64,000 nucleotides of DNA from Candidatus Rhodoferax mariagerensis (GCA_016719055.1 JADKAW010000018.1:2015-66014), one strand, 5' to 3'. Counted from the stretch's first letter, positions 40,360 to 53,296 are shown. Notes: generated from the sequence alone by a model not told the origin. Made by a program: numbers and translations.

Positions 40360-40373
40360 GTTAATTAATTAAC
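40360..40373. promoter_or_regulatory. AT-only perfect palindrome GTTAATTAATTAAC upstream of the sugar ABC operon (candidate operator)
   Basis: Seen directly, 105-118 bp upstream of the SBP start. It is preceded by a partial copy, ATTATTAATTAATT. Confidence 0.35.
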
Positions 40374-40753
40374 ATGGGTGCTTACCCTAATATGAAACCG
40401 AAGCCGTTCATTCCACTTGGCAAAAAGAAACCAACAACGAAGAGCCTGAATGCGTTTGGTGGCTGCTAATTTAAACAGGTCATCCCCCGGCTCTGCCGGG
40501 GGATGTGCGCCCGAGAAGGCGTGACGTGAGCACGGTCGGCGTCCGTGTCAGGGTAAGCCATGGCCACGTAGCTGAAGGTAGTCAAAACGCTTGAGTACCC
40601 GACTGATGTGCTCGTAACTTTCGTTGACGGATAGGAAATTTAACCGCAGGAGGCCAAATATGGCACGAATTTTGGGCGACCATCCATTGGACGGTGGACG
40701 AGCGCGGTTTGAGCCGCACCAGTGATTGGGCTTTTCAAAGCATCCGATGGCCT

Positions 40754-41737
40754 TCAGGATGATTCTGGCTGTGACGGTGATCCTGGCAAACCCGCCTGGT
40801 GCCAGGCACGGCGCAGCTGTGTATCTGAACTGAAACCCGCCAGAGCCGCCGCCTGGGTCACGTTGCGCCCTGATTTCAGCGCGGTTTGCGCCAGGTGCAA
40901 ACGCAGCTGGCGCAGATACTGCAGCGGCGCAATGCCTGCATGGGTCATAAAAATCCGGGTCAAGTGGCGCGATGAGGTGCAGGCAATACTTGCCATGCTG
41001 CTCAGGTGCCAGTCTTGCGTCGGTTGCAGACTGACGGCATCTTGTACCCGGTGCAGGGCTGGGTGCAGGTGATTGCGGTGGCTTAAAAATGGTGACAACT
41101 CGGGGTCGTGCGGGCCGCGGCGCATCGCCACCACCAGGGTTTGTGCCACGTGCGCTGCCACCGCCGCCCCGCAAACCTGGGCCATGCGGTAAAGCATCAG
41201 GTCGATGCCGGTGCTTACACCCGCGCTGCTGAACAACGGCGCATCATCCACAAACACCCGATTTCGCACCACCTGGCAGGCGGGCGCGGCCGCCGCCAGT
41301 TCTTCCAGGTGCTGGTGGTGGGTGGTTACTTGCCGGCCAGTCAAAAGCCCGGCATGGGCCGCCAGCACGGCACCGGCACAAATGGTCAGCAACTCCAATT
41401 GCCCTGTCTTTAGCGTGATCTGCGTTAGCCAGCGCAAGGCGGCCTGGCTGGCACTGTCGTCCAGCACCATGCGCTCGCCCGGCTGACCCAGCAACACCAG
41501 CCAGCTCGGCCGGGTCAAGGCGGACGGCAGTGCTTCAAGCCCGCATACCGAGACGCCGACCGAGCTCACAGCCTGCGGCTGCGGACTGATAAATCGCAAG
41601 TGAAAAGGTGCTGGCTTGCCCTGCGCCACCATCGCCACATTGGCCATGCGCAGGGCCTCGGCTGGTCCGGCCCAGTCCAGGATCAGGCTGCCCTGCAACA
41701 ACAAAAACAGCACGTCCCAGCGGGGGGTGGCTCCCAT
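40754..41737 (-). CDS. GlxA-family regulator (DJ-1/PfpI domain plus AraC-type HTH)
   Basis: ICAGAVLAAHAGLLTGRQVTTHH..., with two HTH units at the C-terminus. I chose the start at MGATPRW to avoid overlapping the upstream gene; 41791 is also possible. Confidence 0.8.
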   Translation of the reverse strand: MGATPRWDVLFLLLQGSLILDWAGPAEALRMANVAMVAQGKPAPFHLRFISPQPQAVSSVGVSVCGLEALPSALTRPSWLVLLGQPGERMVLDDSASQAALRWLTQITLKTGQLELLTICAGAVLAAHAGLLTGRQVTTHHQHLEELAAAAPACQVVRNRVFVDDAPLFSSAGVSTGIDLMLYRMAQVCGAAVAAHVAQTLVVAMRRGPHDPELSPFLSHRNHLHPALHRVQDAVSLQPTQDWHLSSMASIACTSSRHLTRIFMTHAGIAPLQYLRQLRLHLAQTALKSGRNVTQAAALAGFSSDTQLRRAWHQAGLPGSPSQPESS

Positions 41738-41754
41738 GGAATTTTCAGGTGGGG

Positions 41755-42315
41755 TCAATGGGCAGCGTCCAATGCCTGGGCCACGCTGCAAATGCGGGCA
41801 AAGCGGTCCTGCAGCACGGTGGCAGTGCGCGCCATGATATCGGCGGCACTCAGGAGGCTGCCATCAGGCTGACGCATGTCCCAGGTCAGGGTCGCCTCCA
41901 GGCAATAGTCCACCTGCCAGCCCAGGTCCGAGGCGTGGCGGGTGGTGGTTTCGCAGCATTGCTCGGTGCGGATGCCGCTGATGATCAGCTTTTGCAGACC
42001 GTTTTGCGTCAGCCAGACATCAAGTCCGGTGCCGACCAGTGCACTGTGGCGGTGTTTGAAAAAAGTGACGCTCGGTGGGTAGGTGCGCAGTTCAGCCAGG
42101 GGTTTGACATGGCCAGACTCGCGAGAGAACGGGTTGTCGGTGGTTGCGGGGCCGTCCACATGAAAAACCTGAACGATCGGCACACCTGCGGCAACGCAGC
42201 CGTCTATCAGCGCGTTTTGGGCGGCAATATAGGCCGGCAAATCAGTGTTGGTGAAATAGGGGCGCTGACGAAACGACTCTTGCGCATCGATCAAAATAAG
42301 ACATGTTTTCATCAA
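41755..42315 (-). CDS. Isochorismatase-family cysteine hydrolase
   Basis: 186 aa, CLILIDAQESF...IISGIRTEQCCETT (catalytic Cys context). Confidence 0.8.
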   Translation of the reverse strand: MMKTCLILIDAQESFRQRPYFTNTDLPAYIAAQNALIDGCVAAGVPIVQVFHVDGPATTDNPFSRESGHVKPLAELRTYPPSVTFFKHRHSALVGTGLDVWLTQNGLQKLIISGIRTEQCCETTTRHASDLGWQVDYCLEATLTWDMRQPDGSLLSAADIMARTATVLQDRFARICSVAQALDAAH

Positions 42316-42508
42316 AAAATCTCCTGTTTAAAAAGGCTGATGTTCCACGTTTTATAGCCGCAACGCCATTGCAAGACGGACCATTGTCGATCAAATCAAG
42401 ACATTCTTTTCGGGCTTTCAGCGGTTGACTTCAATGAGGACCGCACCGACCAGTTGCAACCGGGTGCCGCTGCCTGGCGGTGGAATGTTTTCAGGCCATT
42501 TCTTTATA

Positions 42509-42556
42509 CAAAATCGGCCTTTAGCCCTTGTAAATAATGCGCTGGCAGCTATGAAT
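42509..42556 (-). repeat. Short interspersed repeat, copy R6 (reverse orientation)
   Basis: AAAATCGGCCTTTAGCCCTTGTAAATAATGCGCTGGCAGCTATGAATAA. Confidence 0.55.
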
Positions 42557-42711
42557 AATAGAGTGATTTGAGTTGCAGCCAGTCGGCTACGGTGTCAACC
42601 GCTTTCTGGCCAAACAAGTGGGTTTTGGCACCGTCGTTTTGCACCAGATGAAAGCCTGTTTGCGCCGAATCTTCGTCATCACCATGCAGCCAAACACCCT
42701 ATCATCGCGCC

Positions 42712-44320
42712 ATGGAAAAACAGTTCAACACCGCCGGACCCAACCAGCCCGATATTCACTACACGCTGACACCCAGTGACCGCATCAACTGGCCCGAGTT
42801 GTCGGGCCTGATTGACGCGCGCAAGTATTTCATCCTGCACGCGCCACGCCAGACCGGCAAAACCAGCTTGATGCTGCACCTGATGCGCGAAATTAACGCT
42901 GCGGGCAAGTACCGGGCGCTTTATGTCAATATTGAAGGGGCACAGGCTGCGCGCAATGATGTGGCCAGCGGCATTGCCACCGTGGTCTCAGCCATGGGCC
43001 GGGCGGCAGACATTTATTGGAAAGACCCCAGTTGGAGCCAATTGGCCTGGCAAGAAGCGCAACAGGCTGCCACCCAAGGCAAAGACAGCTTGACCAGCGT
43101 GCTACAACGCTGGAGCCTGACCAGTGACAAACCGCTGATCATCTTTCTGGACGAAGTCGATGCGCTGGTGGGTGACACGTTGATCTCGCTGCTGCGCCAA
43201 ATTCGCGCCGGCTACGCCCAACGCCCCGAAGCTTTTCCCCTTAGCATGGTGCTGTGCGGGGTGCGCGATGTGCGTGACTACCGCATTCACCGCCCGGACG
43301 GTGAAATCATCACTGGCGGCAGCGCTTTCAACATCAATAGCGAATCGATCCGGCTCGGTGACTTCACGCAAGCGGACGTGCAGGCCCTGCTGCAACAGCA
43401 CTCAGCAGCCACTGGCCAGGTGTTTGAGCCCGCAGCGCTTGAAGAAATCTGGCTCGACACCCAGGGCCAGCCCTGGCTGGTCAATGCGCTGGCGTACCAG
43501 GCCTGCTTCAGGGACACCGCTTTGCGCGACCGTAGCCAGACGGTGACGGTCGAGCACATGCGCCAGGCCAAGGAGGCACTGATTCTGCGCCGCGACACGC
43601 ATTTGGACCAATTGGGCGACAAGCTCAAGGGAAGACCGGGTGCGCCGGGTGATCGAGCCCATGCTGCAAGGCATTGAGCTGCCACCCAACGTGCCAGACG
43701 ACGATCGCCAGTACTGCATTGACCTGGGGCTGATTGCACGGCGTGAGCGCCAGTTGCAAATTGCCAATCGCATTTACCGCGAAGTGCTACCACGCCAGCT
43801 CACCAGCATCTTGCAAGACAGCCTGCAAGGCCTGGCTGAACAGCCCTGGTTTGTTTTGGCTGACAGCAGCCTCGACATGCCCAAACTGCTGGCCGCCTTT
43901 CAGCACTTCTTTCGCGAAAACTCCGAGAGCTGGCTGCAGCGCTACGCTTACCACGAGGCCGGCCCGCAGTTGCTGCTGCAAGCTTTTTTGCAGCGCATCG
44001 TCAATGGCGGCGGGCGCATTGCCCGTGAATACGGCCTGGGCCGGGGCCGCACCGACCTGCTGTTGCAGTGGCCACTCACCGCGCGAGGCTTTACCGGCCC
44101 GATGCAGCAAGTGGTGCTGGAACTCAAAATCCTGCACAAAGGCAAAGTCGCCACACTGGCTGCGGGTCTGGAACAAACTGCCCGTTACGCCGACCAGTGC
44201 GCCGCTGCTGAATCGCACCTGCTGATCTTTGACCGCAACCCCAAGGTGCGGTGGGAAGACAAGATTTACCGCGAAGCGCATCAGCAGGGCGACAGGCAAA
44301 TCAGCGTCTGGGGCATGTGA
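42712..44320 (+). pseudogene. AAA-ATPase-like plus PD-(D/E)XK nuclease-family protein, frameshifted at GGG 43629-43631
   Basis: The N-terminus is MEKQFNTAGPNQPDIHYTL...ILHAPRQTGKTS (Walker A) and IIFLDEVD (Walker B). ORF 43640.. continues the protein (RVRRVIEPML...) and ends with GRGRTDLLL...VVLELKIL (a D...ExK nuclease motif). Removing one G joins the two frames. Confidence 0.75.
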
Positions 44321-44860
44321 CCGTCACCGGCGCAGGTCGGCAGGCATGAGGCTACTGCTCATTGCGACCCACTTGGGGCGTGACAGCACTTGCTGCCGGT
44401 GGTCGATTGGAAAACTCGGGGTGTAAAGAATGAAGCTGAGTTCGGCCAGGCGCTGCCAATCGACAGAGTACGGGATGCAGAAATTGCAAATGTACTGTTT
44501 ATGGCGAGTGCTGACGGGATGCAGTGTTAGGCGCAAGACGCGAAGTTTAGCCAGCTAAACGAGCGGACTGCAACGACGCAATGCGCCCGCCAGTGACGCC
44601 AGAAATGGGATATTTGTGATTTCTGCGTCCCTAAGTGCATGACCCAAATACGATTGCCCTGGCCGCTGCCAGCCGTGTTGGTCTGGTCGCGTCGTGGGGT
44701 GTATTTGCCATATTGGCACGCTCTGGGTCAGGTCCCCTGATCGCTTTGGGGTTGGCTTGTGGGCTGGGTGTCACGGCTAGCGTGCTGAGCCGCAACTGGT
44801 GGCACCGGCTTGCAGCCCATGCACCCCTTGCACCAGATGCTCCAATTTCCGTATCCGTCA

Positions 44861-45080
44861 CCAGGTTCAGAAAGAAGGTTTTGCCCGAGCCGTATTCACC
44901 TACCACCAGCTTGAAGGCCGGGCCACCTTCGGCCATGTGGTCGAGGCGTTTTTCAAGTGCCGCCAGTTCGGCATCGCGCCAGACCTGAATGTGGCGGGCT
45001 CCCAGCAGCGAGGTGCCACCCGCACGCAAGGACTGAATAAGCGCATCGCGTTCGCGCGGGCGCAGGGCTGTAAGTTGCAT
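44861..45080 (-). pseudogene. 5' fragment of a DUF2791-type P-loop ATPase gene (the family that includes BREX BrxD), truncated just after Walker A
   Basis: MQLTALRPRERDALIQSLRAGGTSLLGARHIQVWRDAELAALEKRLDHMAEGGPAFKLVVGEYGSGKTFFLNLV, after which similarity is lost. Only about 73 of the expected 400+ codons are present. Confidence 0.55.
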
Positions 45081-45142
45081 CTTTGAAATCTGGCGGTTGA
45101 GACAGACAGAGCCAGTAAACCGCCTTGCCCTTGGAAGATGGC

Positions 45143-46135
45143 TCAAGCCACCAGCGCCAGCGCCCCAAAGTCACCCACCTGCAAACCAAGCCCAGCGCTG
45201 ACCAGCTCGCAGCCCTGCGTCAGCGGTGGCAAATGGCCGTGAACTGCCGCGCGCAGACGGGGCAGCAGGTAATCACGGTGATGCCAATACACGCTGCCGC
45301 CAATGCTGATGCGCGACAAGTCGAGCGTGGCAATCAGGCTGAACAACATCCGCCCCATCACCTCGCATACATCATCAATAATGGCTGAAGCCTTTATATC
45401 ACCTGCGTAAGCTGCTCCAAAAAGTGAAGCGGGGTCGGCGTATCCTGCAGGTGCAAAACGCCGTGCCAATGCGTTACCGGCAATCAGGCCTTCGACATCA
45501 CCGACATTGCCACAGCCACACAGCGCATCCGAGTTATCACTGACAAAGATGTGCCCAGCATGGCCGGCGTTGCCGTTTTTGCCACGCAATACATGGCCAT
45601 CGACACACAGGCCTGTGCCGATGCCGGTGCTCCAGGTGACATAGGCGCAATTAGCCATGGGCACACCATGGGTTTGCAGGGCACCCCAGCGCCGCTCAGC
45701 CTCCAGCGCACCTATGCCATCGTTTTCCACCCGCACATGGGCAAAGGCGGCGCGCAGCGGGGCTTCGAGCACGGCCGCTTTCCAGTCGTTGGGCAAACCA
45801 CGCGCCGGTCCGGCCAGGCCACCACAAATATTCGGCGCAGCCAGTTCGACCAGACCCTGGTTGAGCACGAACGGCCCACACGACGAAACACCTACGCGTG
45901 AGACGGCTTGCACAGGAACACCCGCTGCCGCACAGCTCTGGCCGACCAGCCGGATGATTTGCTGCCCCAAAGCATCGCTAGGGCCAGAAGTGGCAGTGGG
46001 CTCGATGACCTTGCCGCGAATGCCGTGTTCGTCGACGATGTTGACCGCCACCTTGGTGCCACCAATGTCCACACAGGCAACGGGCGCTGCACCAGCAGCC
46101 AGCTTGAATCCGTCAGTCAATACATTTAAGTTCAT
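45143..46135 (-). CDS. ROK-family sugar kinase
   Basis: ACVDIGGTKVAV (ATP-binding) and the ROK zinc motif GHIFVSDNSDALCGCGNVGDVE. Confidence 0.85.
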   Translation of the reverse strand: MNLNVLTDGFKLAAGAAPVACVDIGGTKVAVNIVDEHGIRGKVIEPTATSGPSDALGQQIIRLVGQSCAAAGVPVQAVSRVGVSSCGPFVLNQGLVELAAPNICGGLAGPARGLPNDWKAAVLEAPLRAAFAHVRVENDGIGALEAERRWGALQTHGVPMANCAYVTWSTGIGTGLCVDGHVLRGKNGNAGHAGHIFVSDNSDALCGCGNVGDVEGLIAGNALARRFAPAGYADPASLFGAAYAGDIKASAIIDDVCEVMGRMLFSLIATLDLSRISIGGSVYWHHRDYLLPRLRAAVHGHLPPLTQGCELVSAGLGLQVGDFGALALVA

Positions 46136-46168
46136 GGGTTTGTTCTTGAAACGGTAACGCGACAGGCA

Positions 46169-46537
46169 TTACACACGACCGTAATCATCGCTCAAACGAA
46201 CAATGTCGTCCTCGCTCAGATGCGTGCCAAACTGAACTTCCACGATTTCAACCGGGCCAGTTGTCAAATTGGCCAGCCGGTGCACCTGCCCCAGGGCAAT
46301 GTCGCAATGCTGGCCTGCTACCAAATCAAACACACGCTCGTCGAGTGTGACGTGCGCGGTGCCCTGCACCACCACCCAGTGCTCGGAGCGCCGGTGATGC
46401 TTTTGCAGGCTGAGCTGCTGGCCCGGCCACACACCAATGCGTTTGATCTTGTTGCCGGGCACCTCTGACACGGTTTCATACCAGCCCCAGGGACGTTGGG
46501 TGCGTTCAATGGTGTCGGTGCGGGTGGTGATTAACAT
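46169..46537 (-). CDS. Cupin-domain protein (phosphomannose isomerase type II C-terminal-like)
   Basis: 122 aa, RPWGWYETV...IKRIGVWPGQQLSLQKHHRRSEHWVVVQGTAHV. Confidence 0.7.
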   Translation of the reverse strand: MLITTRTDTIERTQRPWGWYETVSEVPGNKIKRIGVWPGQQLSLQKHHRRSEHWVVVQGTAHVTLDERVFDLVAGQHCDIALGQVHRLANLTTGPVEIVEVQFGTHLSEDDIVRLSDDYGRV

Positions 46538-46741
46538 GGCCAGTTCTGTGTTGGAGGGTCCAGGGGAAAGCGACGACCCTGGGGCAGAATGCTAACGGTC
46601 AAACCATGCCCGGGTTACACAGCGGTTACGGCCCGGGTTTTGCTTGCCTGCGGGATATAACCAGTGCAGGTAGCAAGCAGCAAGTTCTTGGCCGTCATCT
46701 TGCCGGTACGTACAAAAATTGGTGGAACAGTGGCGTAGCGC

Positions 46742-49518
<2,777 letters not shown>

Positions 49519-49522
<4 letters not shown>

Positions 49523-50952
49523 GGTTTTCTTTCTTTGAGCAGGTCACGCAGCCGTTTGGGTGCGGGCACCAGCGGCGTGCGGCTGCGCGTCCAGGCGCCT
49601 TGCTCGGTGGGCGACAGGGCGCGGCCACGGCTCATGAACCATGAGGCCAGCTTGTAAAACCCCAGCTTTCCGTAGATCTGCGCCCACACATTCCAGACCG
49701 CTGTGCTGGACGCCGTGCGTGCTGCACCGCTGCCGCGCAAGGTGGCGTCATCGCTGTCGGGCTTGGCCATGGCCTCGTTGCGCAGGCGCACCAGAATGTC
49801 GGGAATCGGTATCTTTACAGGGCACACCTCGGAGCAGGCACCACACAGCGTGGAGGCAAAGGCCAGCGGGTAGGTGGTGTCCAGTCCCAGCATGTGCGGC
49901 GACACAATGGCCCCAATCGGGCCCGGGTAGGTAGTGCCATAGGCGTGGCCACCAATACGTGCGTACACCGGGCAGTGGTTCATGCAGGCACCGCAGCGAA
50001 TGCATTGCAGCGTGGCGCGTAATTGTTCGTCGGCATAGGCCTGGGTGCGCCCGTTGTCCAGCAGGATCAGGTGCACCTCTTGCGGCCCATCCTTTTCGCC
50101 GGGTTGGCGCGGGCCGCTGATCAGGTTGAAATAGGTGGTCACCGCCTGGCCGGTGGCCGAACGCGACAGCAGGCTGTAGAGCGGCGGCACGTGTTCGAGC
50201 TTTTCCACCACTTTTTCAATGCCGGTGATGGCAATGTGCACGCGTGGCACGGTGGTGCACATGCGGCCGTTGCCCTCGTTTTCCACCAGGCACAGGGTGC
50301 CGGTTTCGGCCACGGCAAAATTCACACCTGACAGGCCAATGTCGGCATCGGCAAACTTGCGCCGCAGCACCCGTCGACCAATGCGGATCAGGCTGTCCAC
50401 ATCTTCGGTGTAGGCCACACCGGGAATCTCCTGCTCGAACAGTCGGGCAATCTCTTGCTTGGTCTTGTGGATGGCCGGCATGATGATGTGTGACGGTGCT
50501 TCGCCGGCCAGTTGCACGATGTACTCACCCATGTCCGACTCAAAGGCTTCTATGCCGGCGGCTTCCATGGCATGGTTGAAACCAATTTCTTCACTCACCA
50601 TCGACTTGCCCTTGATGATGCGTTTGGCCTGAACGCGCTGCGCAATGCACAGCGCGATGGCGTTGGCCTCATCCGGCGTTTGGGCCCAATGCACCTGGAT
50701 GCCATTGGCCGTCAGCCGGGCTTCAAGCTGCTCCAGCAGGCGTGGCAAGTGGGCCAGACTGTAGCGCCGGATGGACGCACCGAGTTCCCGCAAGCCTTCG
50801 AGTTCTTGCGCGTCCGGAAACTGGGCCCGGCGCTTGGCCTGCAGAAAGTCCATGGCACCACGAAAATTCTTGCGTTGGCCGGGGTTGTTCAGAACATCGC
50901 GGCTGCGCGCCTTGAAGTCGTCCATCGGGTGAATGTGGATGACCTGGCTCAT
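49519..50952 (-). CDS. lutB: Lactate utilization protein B (LutB/LldF, 4Fe-4S)
   Basis: 477 aa with a LUD domain and CIRCGACMNHCPVY...CGACSEVCPV. Confidence 0.85.
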
Positions 50953-51659
50953 GCGCCTGCTCCTGGTGCTGGGGTGGATGGATGGCGCAGCAACACCACC
51001 AGTTCACGCGGTCCGTGGGCCCCGTAGGCCAGGGTTTGTTGAATGTCCGCTGTTTTGGACGGGCCGCAGATCAGCAGCGCATTGGTGGGCAAGCCGTCTT
51101 CCCAGCCCTCGGTGGCCATGGCCGAGTGAAAGTCGGCATGAATCGTGACGGCGTCCAGCAGCACAAAATGCACCGAGGGCACCAGGGACATCAACCGTGG
51201 CTCGGAGGCAGTGGGCCAGACGATCAAGCTGCCAATCTCGGCAATGGCGCTTTTGGCCAGCGTCAGAGAGGCATCAATCTCGTCAAACAGCACATCGCGC
51301 CAGCCATCAATCGACTCGGTGTACTGAACCAGTTGGAGTGGCTCGGGTTGGCAAGCCTGCAATTGAGCGCCGTGGGGTGTGTCGGTGCCAATCAGCAGAT
51401 TACGTAGCCCTTTGGCGACGGCCAGGCGCAGCAGCAGTTCGGGCCAGTCGGCATCGGTGGTGTCGTGCACCTCGGTCTTGACGGCTTCCAGCGCTGCCCG
51501 CCAACGGGCCACCCGCTGAGCGAGGTCTTCCTGGCGGCGGTGGTCGGTAAACCAGGTGGTGACATCCGGCAAAGCGGGGAGTTCTTTGATGGGGGTGGCA
51601 CGTAGGCGCTGCAAAATACTGTCACGGGCGCTTGGGGGCGCGCTCACAGGGGCGCTCAT
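50949..51659 (-). CDS. lutC: Lactate utilization protein C (LutC/LldG, LUD domain)
   Basis: 236 aa. It sits between lutA and lutB with 4-bp overlaps and has a LUD-type sequence (GSLIVWP...FVLLD). Confidence 0.7.
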   Translation of the reverse strand: MSAPVSAPPSARDSILQRLRATPIKELPALPDVTTWFTDHRRQEDLAQRVARWRAALEAVKTEVHDTTDADWPELLLRLAVAKGLRNLLIGTDTPHGAQLQACQPEPLQLVQYTESIDGWRDVLFDEIDASLTLAKSAIAEIGSLIVWPTASEPRLMSLVPSVHFVLLDAVTIHADFHSAMATEGWEDGLPTNALLICGPSKTADIQQTLAYGAHGPRELVVLLRHPSTPAPGAGA

Positions 51660-52474
51660 GCGGCGGCTCCGGTGGCGGGTTCAGTGGTTCGGCGCCACAG
51701 AAAGCTGGCAAGATGCTCGCCGGGTAGCGTGGGTGCGGCACAGCCTGCCAGTTCATCCTGCTTGGCGGCGCGCCCGGTGATGTTGAGCAGGCAACCACAG
51801 TCTGCGCTGACCACGCACTGCGCACCAGTGTCGCGCAGGGCAGCCACCTTGTCACTCACGATGGCCTCGGAAATGTCGGGGTAACGCATGGCAAAGGTGC
51901 CCCCAAAACCGCAGCACTCTTCAATGCGCAACTGTTCCACCACCTTGACCTGGGCCAGGCTGTCGAGCAGGGCCGCGCTGGTGTCATGGGCACCCATTTC
52001 GCGGCGAGCGTGGCACGACGTATGCAACGCCACGGTGCAGGCGCTGCCCAGGTCGGGCTGGTTGAAATTGACCACATGCACCAGAAATTCGCTCAGCTCG
52101 TAAACCCGCTCTGACAGATCCACCGCTTTGGCATGCAACACCGGGTCATCGGCAAACAGGTGGGGGTAATGCACCCGGATCATGCCGCCACACGACCCTG
52201 ACGGAATCACCACCGGCCAAGGCTCCACAAACAAATTAAGCTGCTGCAAGGCCACCGCGCGGGCTTCATCTGGGTAACCGCTGCTGTGCGCGGGCTGGCC
52301 GCAGCAGGTCTGTTCTTCCAAAAAATGAACCCGAATGCCTTCGCGTTCCAGCAGTTGCACGCTGTCCAGTCCGGCCTGCGGGGTGAACTGGTCGATCAGG
52401 CAGGTTGAAAACAAATACACATCGGCTGGCTTGGGCGGGTATTTCCGCCGGGTGTCTGTGCGCAAGGCCATCAC
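51656..52474 (-). CDS. lutA: Lactate utilization protein A (LutA/LldE, CCG-domain Fe-S oxidoreductase)
   Basis: VYLFSTCLIDQF...EEQTCCGQP and ...IEECCGFGG (two CCG motifs). Confidence 0.85.
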   Translation of the reverse strand: MMALRTDTRRKYPPKPADVYLFSTCLIDQFTPQAGLDSVQLLEREGIRVHFLEEQTCCGQPAHSSGYPDEARAVALQQLNLFVEPWPVVIPSGSCGGMIRVHYPHLFADDPVLHAKAVDLSERVYELSEFLVHVVNFNQPDLGSACTVALHTSCHARREMGAHDTSAALLDSLAQVKVVEQLRIEECCGFGGTFAMRYPDISEAIVSDKVAALRDTGAQCVVSADCGCLLNITGRAAKQDELAGCAAPTLPGEHLASFLWRRTTEPATGAAA

Positions 52475-52584
52475 TTGTCTCCTGGTGGTGACCGACGCAA
52501 ATGGGTCGGATCAACTCCGAAAAGTGTAGGTTTTCAATCTGGCCAAGAGGCCAAGGGTTAACCCGCGATGCTGAAATTGTTTGG

Positions 52585-53022
52585 TCAACGCAGGTTGGAT
52601 TGAGTCCAGCGCACGATGTCGTTGGCCCCCAGGGCACCAGCGCGGCGGGCTACTTCTTTGCCGCCCGCAAACAGCACCAGCGTTGGAATGCTACGAATAT
52701 TGAAGCGTGCCCCTAGGTTCTGGCAAGCCTCGGTGTCCACTTTGGCCACGCGCACCTGCGGCTCAAGTTGGGCTGCGGCCTGCTCATAGGCGGGTGCCAT
52801 TTGCCGGCATGGACCACACCAGGGCGCCCAGAAATCCACCAGCACCGGAATCTGGCTGCGGCTGATGTGCTTGTCAAAAGCGGCTTCGTCCAGCGCGGTA
52901 GAGTGGGCTTCAAACAGCGGTTTGTGGCAGCCTCCGCAGTCGGGTGCTTTGGCCAGATCGGCCCGATGGATGCGGTTGGTGGTGTGGCAGTGGGGGCAAA
53001 CAATGTGCAGCGGATCAGTCAT
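52585..53022 (-). CDS. trxC: Thioredoxin 2 (N-terminal zinc finger)
   Basis: CPHC...CGGC zinc-finger motifs followed by WAPWCGPC. Confidence 0.9.
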   Translation of the reverse strand: MTDPLHIVCPHCHTTNRIHRADLAKAPDCGGCHKPLFEAHSTALDEAAFDKHISRSQIPVLVDFWAPWCGPCRQMAPAYEQAAAQLEPQVRVAKVDTEACQNLGARFNIRSIPTLVLFAGGKEVARRAGALGANDIVRWTQSNLR

Positions 53023-53087
53023 GGCAATACCTTTCTACCGCAGCAAATAGCGCCATTGGTCAATATATCAAGCGCCTGCCTCGCTGC

Positions 53088-53281
53088 TTAAATAACTTTT
53101 GAAATTCCTGCGGCTACCAGGCTCAGCAGAATGGTGGTGGTCAAGGGCAGAAAAAACTCGCGACCAAACAGTTTGAAGCGCAGGTCACCGGGTAGTCGGC
53201 CAAAGCCCAGTTTTTGCAGCCAGGGCGTGAAGCCGTTGATCAGAATCAGGGCCAGAAGACAACAATCAGCCAGCGGAACAT
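53088..53281 (-). pseudogene. DUF2905 small membrane protein, apparent -1 frameshift near codon 9
   Basis: MFRWLIVVF is followed, in another frame, by LALILINGFTPWLQKLGFGRLPGDLRFKLFGREFFLPLTTTILLSLVAAGISKVI*. The ATG-to-stop span is 194 nt, not a multiple of 3. The + strand ORF 53131..53328 is antisense to it. Confidence 0.65.
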
Positions 53282-53296
53282 GGTGTTGGTGCCTGC

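Noticed and set aside
40481-40505. Hairpin CATCCCCCGG-ctctg-CCGGGGGATG as a terminator
   Set aside because: No T tract follows on either strand, and it lies about 250 nt from the nearest gene end. It may be structural, but a terminator call is unsupported.
40660-40725. 21-codon ORF (MARILGDHPLDGGRARFEPHQ) with a strong AGGAGG 7 nt upstream
   Set aside because: It is too short and has no recognisable family. It cannot be supported from sequence alone. It is worth a look only if Ribo-seq data exist.
40548-41174. 208-aa minus-strand ORF
   Set aside because: Most of it overlaps the GlxA-type regulator gene in another frame. The non-overlapping tail has no identifiable homology.
46639-46679. Intergenic stem-loop TTGCTTGCCTGC...GCAGGTAGCAAGCA between the Dld-II gene and the cupin gene
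   Set aside because: The stem is real but there is no T tract and no recognisable riboswitch or sRNA features. I left it unannotated.
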